Positions 1 through 7,476 of a DNA stretch of 29,470 nucleotides are shown piece by piece (the first letter of the stretch is position 1; each line of letters opens with the position of its first letter). The translations under genes were made by a program, and so were the position numbers. The DNA is from Silvanigrellaceae bacterium (lineage in GTDB: Bacteria; Bdellovibrionota_B; Oligoflexia; Silvanigrellales; Silvanigrellaceae). The notes under the pieces are model-generated. The model was given only the letters and a program-made list of their open reading frames with translations. It was not told the origin of the DNA and searched no databases. The stretch covers positions 1 through 29,470 of the forward strand of contig JBMSQQ010000043.1 of assembly GCA_049423385.1 (NCBI GenBank). Direction: 5' to 3'.

Positions 1-82
1 GCAAATTTTACCGTTCTGCGGCAGAGTGGAAGTGCGAATGATTTCGCGTTGGAAAAGCCACCCCACAGCCGAGGAGTCAGCC

Positions 83-1057
83 ATGGCGTCAGCCTCAAAG
101 CCCAAGCGTTCAGGGGCCGCTGCAAAACAGCCGGTCCGTCCATCCAAGCCATCCACGCCGGGATTGAAACTCAAGCCGGTCGAGGCGCCCAAAACATCAC
201 GAATCATTGCCATTTGCAATCAAAAAGGTGGTTGCGGGAAAACCACCTCGGTCATCAACATCGCAGCAACTCTCGCAGCCATGAATCAACGAGTTTTGGT
301 GATCGACCTGGATTCCCAGTGCAACGCCACCCAAGGTCTGGGCCTGGAGCTCGAGGAACTCGAGGAGTCGATTTGCGACGTCCTGTTGGATCCCAAGGCA
401 CACTCGCTTGCGGATGTGATTGTTGAGTCGCCGTACTCCAACCTGCATGTCGCACCAGGCTCGATTGAACTCTCCGAGTACGAGAGCCGGGCCGCCACCG
501 AAATTGGACGTGAGAACAGGCTGAAGAAGGCAATTGCCCAGGTCAGGTCCCACTATGACTACATCCTGATCGACACTCCTCCGTCGCTCGGCCTGCTTTC
601 TGTCAATGCACTCAATGCCGCCAGCGAAGTTCAAATTGCCATGCAGTCTCATCCGTTTGCTCTCGATGGTCTGCACTTGCTGTTGGAAACAATTGAACTC
701 GTCCAGGAAGAACTCAATCCCGAATTGAAGATTACCGGCGTGGTTGTCACCATGTATGACCACCGCACAAAAATCTCACGCGAGATTGTCGATGAGGTTT
801 GCTCGATTGCATCCCTCAAGGGGCGCGTGCACAAGACGGTCATCCGTCAGAACGTCAAGCTCACCGAGGCGTCGCGCTTGCGCAAGCCTGTGATGTATTA
901 CGACGCACAGTGCACCGGTACTGAGGACTATGTGCAGATTTCCAAAGAAATTGCCGCTCAAGCAAGACAACCCATCGCGACGCCCAAACCAGCCAGTAAA
1001 GCTTCCGCGGTGAAGGCCACCCATTCAAAATCGAACTCCAAATCCTCAAGAGCATAA
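83..1057 (+). CDS. parA: ParA/Soj-family ATPase (324 aa) with basic low-complexity N- and C-terminal tails
   Basis: Deviant Walker A NQKGGCGKTT, A' DLDSQCN, Walker B ILIDTPP, and TMYDHRT. ATG at 83 follows SD GAGGAG (71-76), so the track start at 26 is probably too far upstream. Confidence 0.93.
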   Translation: MASASKPKRSGAAAKQPVRPSKPSTPGLKLKPVEAPKTSRIIAICNQKGGCGKTTSVINIAATLAAMNQRVLVIDLDSQCNATQGLGLELEELEESICDVLLDPKAHSLADVIVESPYSNLHVAPGSIELSEYESRAATEIGRENRLKKAIAQVRSHYDYILIDTPPSLGLLSVNALNAASEVQIAMQSHPFALDGLHLLLETIELVQEELNPELKITGVVVTMYDHRTKISREIVDEVCSIASLKGRVHKTVIRQNVKLTEASRLRKPVMYYDAQCTGTEDYVQISKEIAAQARQPIATPKPASKASAVKATHSKSNSKSSRA

Positions 1058-1068
1058 GGAACGCAAGC

Positions 1069-2097
1069 ATGACAAAACCAAAGAAACCATTGCGCGGACT
1101 GTTTGCCAGCACTGAAGCACCTGCTCCAACCCCATCGCGCCCTGCGATTCCTGTCCCGCCGTCGCGCAAGGAACGTCCGTCATTTCCTTCGACACCCCAA
1201 AAGCCGAAGACTCCACCCGAGCGTCTCGCTCCGCCACCACGGATCAAAACTCCGGCACCGATGATGATTATGGAACAAGCCGAGCCAGCGCCCGTGACCA
1301 TCATCGAAACGGTGCAACCTGTTGTGGTGCCCGTCATCGCCTCTCCTGAAAACAAGATCATGAGCATTCAATACAACTTCGACTCCATGCGCGACACCCG
1401 CGATTCCTGGCAGGAATTGGACTACGCGCATTTCCTCCGCAAACTCGACGCTGTGCAAACAGAAGCTTTCATCCTGAAGGGCAAGCTGCTTTCTGAAGCC
1501 AAAATTCGGTTTTTCGAAACGAACAAGGTCGGCTGGGCCGAGTTTTGTGAAATGAAACTCGACATGAACTACACGACCGCGAACCAGTACATCCGAGTGG
1601 CGACTGAATTTGATGTGACGTCACATCAACATCCTGATTTCGGCTTTGAACACTTCAAGGCCCTGCTCCCCCTCTCGATCGAGCAACGCAGTGATTTTCT
1701 CAACTCCAACGGCCCAGTGAGCGTGAAGCTCATTCGCCAGCGGGTCCGCGAAATCATCACAGCCCGTCCTTCAGACATTTCTGGGGCGACAACCACAAAA
1801 CCACTCAAGCAATCGCTGCGTTTCATCAAGATGCTCGAAGCGATCAAAGCTGAAGTGCTCACTCATGGCGAATCCTTCCAGGGCTTGACCCAACCCCAGC
1901 GATGGCAAGTCACGGCCGCCTGTCAGAACATTGCGGCACACCTGAACCACCTGGCACAGGTTCTGAGTTCAGATCCAATACAAGGCAGAGCGCTGCCAGG
2001 TGCAACATCCAGGGCTGGCGCTTTTGCAACAGCGGACGGAGTCGCTACAATGCAAGACGCCAGCACAATCCTGGAGCCCATCGGAAACTCAAACTGA
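1069..2097 (+). CDS. ParA-associated hypothetical protein (342 aa): basic N-terminal peptide, Pro-rich linker, DUF3102-like HTH region, C-terminal helical domain
   Basis: Starts 11 nt after the parA stop; the SD TAAGGA overlaps that stop. FILKGKLLSEAK...WAEFCEMKLDMNYTTANQYIRVA resembles DUF3102-type HTH domains (recall). No ParB GxRRxxA CTPase motif. Confidence 0.75.
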   Translation: MTKPKKPLRGLFASTEAPAPTPSRPAIPVPPSRKERPSFPSTPQKPKTPPERLAPPPRIKTPAPMMIMEQAEPAPVTIIETVQPVVVPVIASPENKIMSIQYNFDSMRDTRDSWQELDYAHFLRKLDAVQTEAFILKGKLLSEAKIRFFETNKVGWAEFCEMKLDMNYTTANQYIRVATEFDVTSHQHPDFGFEHFKALLPLSIEQRSDFLNSNGPVSVKLIRQRVREIITARPSDISGATTTKPLKQSLRFIKMLEAIKAEVLTHGESFQGLTQPQRWQVTAACQNIAAHLNHLAQVLSSDPIQGRALPGATSRAGAFATADGVATMQDASTILEPIGNSN

Positions 2098-2111
2098 ACA
2101 AGAGGACACCC

Positions 2112-3245
2112 ATGCTTCGCCGCACTCAATTGAACAATTCGAGCGTGGCTGGCGGAGGAAAGAGAAAATGGCAAGGCCTGATGGCCTTGCTTTTTTTTGT
2201 AGGAATCCATGCCAGCGCTCAAGCACAATCAAAAGCTACCGAAGCGTCCACCCCAAATAATCAGGTTCAATGCCGATTCATTCCACTGAATATCGGCAGC
2301 AAGAACAACCCGGATCCCTCAAGTGCAGCCTTCGCGAGTGCGCTTGAAGACTTCGAGCAATCCTTTTTGCTTGGCGACTCGGAGCTTTTTTCGTCAGTGG
2401 TGAGCCAGGCTCTCTTGAAGAAAAAGGAAGACGCAAAAAAGATTTTCGATGGCACCTTGCTTGAGTATGATCTCAGACGCGTGAAACTTCAGCGAAATTG
2501 GATGTGGGACATCCAATTGGGAACCACTCCGGAGCCCGGGCGGCTTGTTCCATGTGGTGAACTGGAAATTCAGCCCGTTTATGGACCATTGCATCAATAC
2601 GCAGTCCAGTACTCGGCGTTCAGCGGTTCAAATCAAACCCGACTTCTCGTTTTGTTTGCCGATCTTCCTGCGGGCAGCGAGTCGAGTAAAAAGGGAACGG
2701 CACAAAGGCCGGGATTGGTCCATTTGCAGGTGCAGCGTTGGACATACGACGGCCGCACCCCGGACCGGCTTCTTCTTGAGGCCAGAAAGGTTGCCAGTGG
2801 CGGAGATTCGGTCGCAGGTTTTCTGCTCGCAGAGGCATCGGCCAGAGTTCTGGAGATCAACCCCTATGTTGTTTCAGCGCAGTTGAAGGAAGCTCGCGAT
2901 CTTGCAACTCGCTTTGCCAACGGTATTGATTCCGCTCAAAGCAAAATGTTCGACAGCGCATTGCCCATTGCAGACTGGAAGCCAGAAAAACTGGTTCCCG
3001 TTTTCCGCGATGGTTCCCTCGCCGTTGGGCTGAAAATCCGGATGCAGAAAGAAATCGCCCTCAATGACCAAACGTCGAAGTGCATGGAAAGCGTCAAGAG
3101 GCTGTTTCCCAAGGGCACCGCCTGGAGAACATCTTTCTCGGGCGTTGAATGCATGACCTACGCCATCAACGAAGACGCCTCAAAGCCTCCGAAGGGAGGG
3201 AGCCAGTTTTTTCCGTGGAAGCAATTGGAAAAGAGTGATCACTGA
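2112..3245 (+). CDS. Exported hypothetical protein (377 aa)
   Basis: SD AGAGGA (2101-2106) precedes ATG 2112, which is 14 nt after the upstream stop. Basic N-region, hydrophobic LMALLFFVGI and AQA cleavage site. Four Cys in the mature region. Confidence 0.75.
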   Translation: MLRRTQLNNSSVAGGGKRKWQGLMALLFFVGIHASAQAQSKATEASTPNNQVQCRFIPLNIGSKNNPDPSSAAFASALEDFEQSFLLGDSELFSSVVSQALLKKKEDAKKIFDGTLLEYDLRRVKLQRNWMWDIQLGTTPEPGRLVPCGELEIQPVYGPLHQYAVQYSAFSGSNQTRLLVLFADLPAGSESSKKGTAQRPGLVHLQVQRWTYDGRTPDRLLLEARKVASGGDSVAGFLLAEASARVLEINPYVVSAQLKEARDLATRFANGIDSAQSKMFDSALPIADWKPEKLVPVFRDGSLAVGLKIRMQKEIALNDQTSKCMESVKRLFPKGTAWRTSFSGVECMTYAINEDASKPPKGGSQFFPWKQLEKSDH

Positions 3246-4141
3246 AAGCCAGTGGTCGCAAGACCCTGGCTGCCTTCTTCCTCGCGCCGAACGTTGGCAA
3301 AAGCTCCGTCGGCAAGAACCCTCACATCGCGCGGCGCTTTTGGATGATCCATGACGAACTGGAATTCCTTGATCGCATCTGCATATCGACGCAATCCGAA
3401 GTGATAAACAAGGCCAAGGTTGTAGTGTGCAAGAAAGTCCGTGGGTTCGATTGAGATAATCTTTTTGTATGAATCAACCGACAGTGCATGCTTTCGGGAT
3501 GCATGGGCAGCCTCGGCCACCATGTGCAAAAATCGGGTGTTCCTGGGCTCAAGGGATTCAGCCTGACGGAACATGTCGAGGGCTTCCAGGAAAGCTCCTT
3601 GCCTCATTGCAACCAATCCAAGATTCGCCCGTGCCGCTGCTCCAACGGTGCCTGCAGAAGATGCTGCGACAGTCAGTCGGCGACGAGCCGCAAGGGGATC
3701 ACCCATCAACAAGGAAGATATGCCCAACAGCAACTGATCGTCTGCTGAAAGATTGCGCCGCACTCGTTTGCTTTTGGAAAGTTCAACGTATCCCTGGACC
3801 TGCTCCGGACGACCTTCAACCAATGCTTCAACAGCGAGAACTCTCAGTTCCGCAGCATCAGCTGCAGTTTCGGAATTGAGCCTGTGCCGAGCCAATCTGG
3901 CCCGCTTGCTGATGTTGGCCAATTGGGCCGCTGGAAGATAAAAATCGCGTCTGAGGTTGTTTTGAAGAAGAGACTCGCTCGATTGCTCTTCAACAGTCCG
4001 AAGAGTTGCATCTCGTTCTTCCAGATTTTTGTCGAAGGATGCAGCCGTGAAGGTGCCATCCTGGAAGCCGCTTGGGTCGACCTGGGTTGACGTGCAGGCA
4101 CCAACGATAAAAAGCAATGCTGTGTATTTCAGTGGTCTCAT
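3239..4141 (-). CDS. TPR-repeat lipoprotein (300 aa)
   Basis: MRPLKYTALLFIVGA-C lipobox; SD GGGAG upstream of ATG 4141. TPR motifs ARANLGLVAMRQGAFLEALDMFRQAESLEP and AHYNLGLVY...YADAIKEFQ. Confidence 0.85.
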   Translation of the reverse strand: MRPLKYTALLFIVGACTSTQVDPSGFQDGTFTAASFDKNLEERDATLRTVEEQSSESLLQNNLRRDFYLPAAQLANISKRARLARHRLNSETAADAAELRVLAVEALVEGRPEQVQGYVELSKSKRVRRNLSADDQLLLGISSLLMGDPLAARRRLTVAASSAGTVGAAARANLGLVAMRQGAFLEALDMFRQAESLEPRNTRFLHMVAEAAHASRKHALSVDSYKKIISIEPTDFLAHYNLGLVYHFGLRRYADAIKEFQFVMDHPKAPRDVRVLADGAFANVRREEEGSQGLATTGFQ

Positions 4142-4268
4142 GGACTGCTCCCAAGTGCTCGCCCGTCTTTCGTTCAGACGATGGCTTCGCTCGCCAACAG
4201 AGCAAAAGGAATGCCATTCAAAAAACAAGTCTTTTCGCAGACTTGAATTTAAATACTGGATAAAACCT

Positions 4269-4292
4269 GGTCACTTTCCCGTCAGGGTGACC
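4269..4292. promoter_or_regulatory. Inverted repeat GGTCAC-N12-GTGACC in a divergent intergenic region; possible operator or hairpin
   Basis: GGTCAC at 4269-4274 and GTGACC at 4287-4292, with AT-rich flanks, between the divergent TPR-lipoprotein and tcdA genes. Confidence 0.3.
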
Positions 4293-4377
4293 AATAAATA
4301 TACGAATTTCAGGGATTGAGATGCGGAAATTCTTCGGGTATGCGCGGTGGAGGCCGCAGCTTCCGGAGGGCAATCCC

Positions 4378-5259
4378 ATGGCATTCAAAAATCATAGATT
4401 CAGCCGACTTGAACTCCTTGTCGGACGCGAGGGTATCAACCGCTTTCGCGGAAAACACGTCGTCATCTTTGGAATCGGTGGAGTTGGAAGCTTTGTTGCC
4501 GAAGGACTCGCCAGGTCAGCGATTGGAAAAATCACACTCATCGATCATGACGAAGTCTGCGTGACGAACGTCAACCGTCAGCTCCATGCTTTCACCGACA
4601 CCGTTGGTCGCAAAAAAGTGGAATTGATGGCCGAGCGAATTCGAAAAATCAATCCCCTACTCGAAGTCAATGCCATTGCCGAACACCATCATCCAGACAA
4701 AGGCAATCTGCTCCTCGAGGAAGCTGCACGCCTCGCAAACCAGCCAGTGGACCTTGTGATGGACTGCATCGACACACTGATCCCGAAAGTTGATTTGCTT
4801 GAGCGCTGCGCGAACCAGAACATACCCGTCATCAGTTCAATGGGCGCTGCAAGCCGCCTTGACCCTTCAAAGATTCAGATTGCCGACATCTCGGAAACGC
4901 AAGTGGATCCTTTTGCAAAGCAGGTCCGAACCAAACTTCGTGAACGTGGAATCACACAGGGAATCCAAACAGTTTTCAGCACCGAGGTTCCTATAGATCC
5001 CGAACAGGCTGTGCCTGGAACGGAATGGACCTGCATCTGCCCGACCATTGAAAAGCAATTCGGTGCATGCCAACACAAGCGAGTCATGCTGGGCACAATT
5101 TCATATATGCCAGCGATGTTTGGCTTATGGATGGTGAGTGCAGCTACCCGACACTGGCTTGAAGGTGTCAACCTTGAACAACGCGACACTTTTCATCACA
5201 CGCCGACCTTCGAAGAAATGCAACGCGCAATGATGTTGGGAGCTGGCAAGCAGGAATGA
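4378..5259 (+). CDS. tcdA: tRNA threonylcarbamoyladenosine dehydratase (ThiF/E1-like family), 293 aa
   Basis: RFSRLELLVG, GIGGVGS nucleotide-binding loop, DHDEVCVTNVNRQ, DCID, SSMGAASRLDP, DPFAKQVRTKLR, VFSTE and GTISYMPAMFG. SD GGAGGG (4365-4370) precedes ATG 4378. Confidence 0.92.
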   Translation: MAFKNHRFSRLELLVGREGINRFRGKHVVIFGIGGVGSFVAEGLARSAIGKITLIDHDEVCVTNVNRQLHAFTDTVGRKKVELMAERIRKINPLLEVNAIAEHHHPDKGNLLLEEAARLANQPVDLVMDCIDTLIPKVDLLERCANQNIPVISSMGAASRLDPSKIQIADISETQVDPFAKQVRTKLRERGITQGIQTVFSTEVPIDPEQAVPGTEWTCICPTIEKQFGACQHKRVMLGTISYMPAMFGLWMVSAATRHWLEGVNLEQRDTFHHTPTFEEMQRAMMLGAGKQE

Positions 5260-5310
5260 AAACGAGTGGCCGTGACCACTCGTTTCGGTTTCGCTTCACC
5301 GGCGAAAACA
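5260..5310. terminator. Tandem hairpins; probable bidirectional intrinsic terminator between convergent tcdA and the RRM gene
   Basis: Perfect 10-bp stem AAACGAGTGG (5260-5269)/CCACTCGTTT (5276-5285) with a 6-nt loop. Second 8-bp stem GTTTTCGC (5288-5295)/GCGAAAAC (5303-5310). Confidence 0.8.
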
Positions 5311-5613
5311 TCAGAAACGCATTCCGCCTTCCGGTCTCTGCGCTCGAATTCTGGATGAATCGAATTCCCTGGGACGCGCTTCGTTCACCGTGAGTGGTCT
5401 TCCCATGAACGTCCTCCCGTTCAAGTGAAGAGCAGCGCGAGTTGCCTCATCCTCGCTCCCCATTTCAACAAAAGCGAAGCCCTTGCTTCTGCCAGTCTCG
5501 CGATCAATCACAACCCTCGCACTCATGACGGTTCCATGCTCACTGAAGACACTGAACAAATCATGGTCAGTGCTGCTGAAAGGCAAATTACCAACGTACA
5601 ATTTTCGACCCAT
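5311..5613 (-). CDS. RNA-recognition-motif (RRM) RNA-binding protein (100 aa)
   Basis: RNP2 KLYVGNL, RNP1 KGFAFVEM, and GRPLTVNEARPRE. Strong SD GGAGGAG before ATG 5613. Confidence 0.95.
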   Translation of the reverse strand: MGRKLYVGNLPFSSTDHDLFSVFSEHGTVMSARVVIDRETGRSKGFAFVEMGSEDEATRAALHLNGRTFMGRPLTVNEARPREFDSSRIRAQRPEGGMRF

Positions 5614-5767
5614 GAAAATCCTCCTCCAATCCCCTGGAACAGTTGGCACGTGCTTTTCGCACGAACCCCGGAATCAAACTTCCGGTCGGATGAGATTGGC
5701 ATAGAGTCTTCTGGCTGTATTCGCGAAATTGGTATGTTGATGAAAGGTTCGGAATCAATCTTACCGA

Positions 5768-6379
5768 TCAGTCCACGATGTCCTCGGTCAATTTCTTTCT
5801 GATGTCGACAACGAGCGATTTCAACGAGTCCCCGAGCTCATCCACAGGCGAGTTGCGGACTGTCTCGCCGATCGGCGCCTTCAAAGGCAAGGTGTCAGAT
5901 AATTGACGCATCGACTTTGCGATCGCAATCGAACGGCGAATCGCGATGTGGAAAGCATCGAGCTCGAATGGTTTTCGAACGACATCCACGACCACAACGT
6001 GTGGAAAAGAGTTGATCTGAATATCGGCATGTTCTTCACCTTCGGTGAGAACGACCGGAACATGACGCCAATGGGCGGCAATCTTCTTGAGAAAATCAGC
6101 GTTGCTTTTTTTCGCCGGCGCCGCATCGGCAATCACCACCTGGATTGTCTTTTGCTTGAGATGCGTCAGAGCATCGGCAACACTGCGGGCCGCATGAACG
6201 TGGGAAAAATATCGATTGAGATGAATTTTGACGAATCGAAGAACCTCGTCAGATTCATCAACCACCAAAACATTGCTGTCCCGATCATATACCTTTGTGG
6301 GAGGGCGACTCATGGGCGGGATCGACTGAAAACCGCTCCCCCGCGGTCCCGGGTCCATATGCTGGCGCCTAGAAATCAT
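5768..6379 (-). CDS. Atypical response-regulator receiver-domain protein (203 aa) with a short C-terminal helical extension
   Basis: VLVVDE, VVIAD (phosphoacceptor position), PVVLT and RKPF motifs. ATG 6379 lies 2 nt after the upstream stop, with SD GGGGAG. Confidence 0.8.
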   Translation of the reverse strand: MISRRQHMDPGPRGSGFQSIPPMSRPPTKVYDRDSNVLVVDESDEVLRFVKIHLNRYFSHVHAARSVADALTHLKQKTIQVVIADAAPAKKSNADFLKKIAAHWRHVPVVLTEGEEHADIQINSFPHVVVVDVVRKPFELDAFHIAIRRSIAIAKSMRQLSDTLPLKAPIGETVRNSPVDELGDSLKSLVVDIRKKLTEDIVD

Positions 6380-6381
6380 GT

Positions 6382-7476
6382 TCACTCCCCTTGGGCTCTT
6401 AACATCAACCGCTCCGCCTGTGGCCGAAAGACATCGCCGGCCGTGGAACCAGACATATAGTCCAGTGCGTCCCTGCGGGCACTCAAAAGGTCTCCATCGA
6501 GAGCGGAAATCTCTCCCGAAAGCAAAAACCACACTCTCTCGGAAGGCCAATCCCTGCGACCACGCTCAAGCACACGCCGAGCGCTCTCGGTATCTTTACG
6601 ACCGATCAGGCATCGTCCCCAATTATAGGATACAGCAACATCACTGAAATCCTTCAGATAGAGTCGCTCAAGAAGATCGCATCCGCGTGTCAAATTTTTT
6701 TCAGTCAAAAACAACAATGCGGATTCCAACAGCAGACCCGGATGATCGGAATGCTCGACGAGTGAAAGACTGATTGCTGCTCTTGCATCCTCCAGTCGCC
6801 CATCAAGACGAAGACACTTTGCCTGCATGGCATAAAGTTCCTGGCGGAACTCAAATGGCTCCCACTGCAACCCGGAGGATGCCATTTTAGCACAGAGGTT
6901 GAAACTTGAGACGTCTGCCAGGAGACCTGCAAAAACCAGTGCTGTCCTGGAATTCAATTTGCGTGATGCAACGGCGTCATAGACCTCAAGTGCGCTTCGC
7001 ATCCTTCCGTTTCTGACAAATGCAACCCCACGCGCTTCGCCAATCCGCGTGCAAGTGTCATCGAATGACTCAGCGTCCCCAAGACAATCATTCCAGAATC
7101 CGTGAGTCTCCGACAAAACGTCATTCCAGCGCTCTCCGCTGAGCAGCATTTCAAGCGCGAAGATCAAATTCGACTCATCGTTTGACTGACTCCCCGGAGA
7201 GCCTTCCGCGAGCTTCCTTTTTTCTGAACGTGGGCTCTTTTGATCGGTTGCTGAAATCTGCGCGCCCGATCCAACCAAACGCTCAAGACGCGAAGACAAA
7301 GAAGATCTCGACTCGTATCTCTTCGAAATCTTCTTTTCGCTCGGCTCCTTGACCTCAACCGTCAGGGCTGGAGCAGGAACCACCTTTTCCTGTTCAACAG
7401 TTGTCTTGCAACCATTGCAAAAAACACCCGCGGCAACCCAAACAAAAAGCAAACAATATCGTGCAACAAGTATCAT
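6382..7476 (-). CDS. TPR-repeat probable lipoprotein (364 aa); candidate GltE/AglT-like
   Basis: Hydrophobic N-terminus ending in VFCNG-C. C-terminal TPR-like helices (AVSYNWGRCLIGRKDTESARRVLERGRRDWP). TGATG overlap with the upstream stop. Confidence 0.75.
   Translation of the reverse strand: MILVARYCLLFVWVAAGVFCNGCKTTVEQEKVVPAPALTVEVKEPSEKKISKRYESRSSLSSRLERLVGSGAQISATDQKSPRSEKRKLAEGSPGSQSNDESNLIFALEMLLSGERWNDVLSETHGFWNDCLGDAESFDDTCTRIGEARGVAFVRNGRMRSALEVYDAVASRKLNSRTALVFAGLLADVSSFNLCAKMASSGLQWEPFEFRQELYAMQAKCLRLDGRLEDARAAISLSLVEHSDHPGLLLESALLFLTEKNLTRGCDLLERLYLKDFSDVAVSYNWGRCLIGRKDTESARRVLERGRRDWPSERVWFLLSGEISALDGDLLSARRDALDYMSGSTAGDVFRPQAERLMLRAQGE

Noticed and set aside
26..82. Longer parA start at GTG 26
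   Set aside because: ATG 83 has a clear SD (GAGGAG); GTG 26 has no clear one.
1069..2097. Calling the second gene parB
   Set aside because: No ParB N-terminal CTPase motifs are visible.
1902..2111. N-terminal extension of the 447-aa ORF overlapping the ParA partner
   Set aside because: It would overlap the upstream gene by ~195 nt and bury the signal peptide. ATG 2112 has its own SD.
5643..5660. TTGGCACG sigma54-like motif near the RRM gene
   Set aside because: It is on the wrong strand for the gene and has GG-N12-GC rather than N10 spacing.
6380..6550. 260-aa version of the receiver protein
   Set aside because: The extension overlaps the TPR lipoprotein gene. ATG 6379 has an SD and directly follows the upstream stop.
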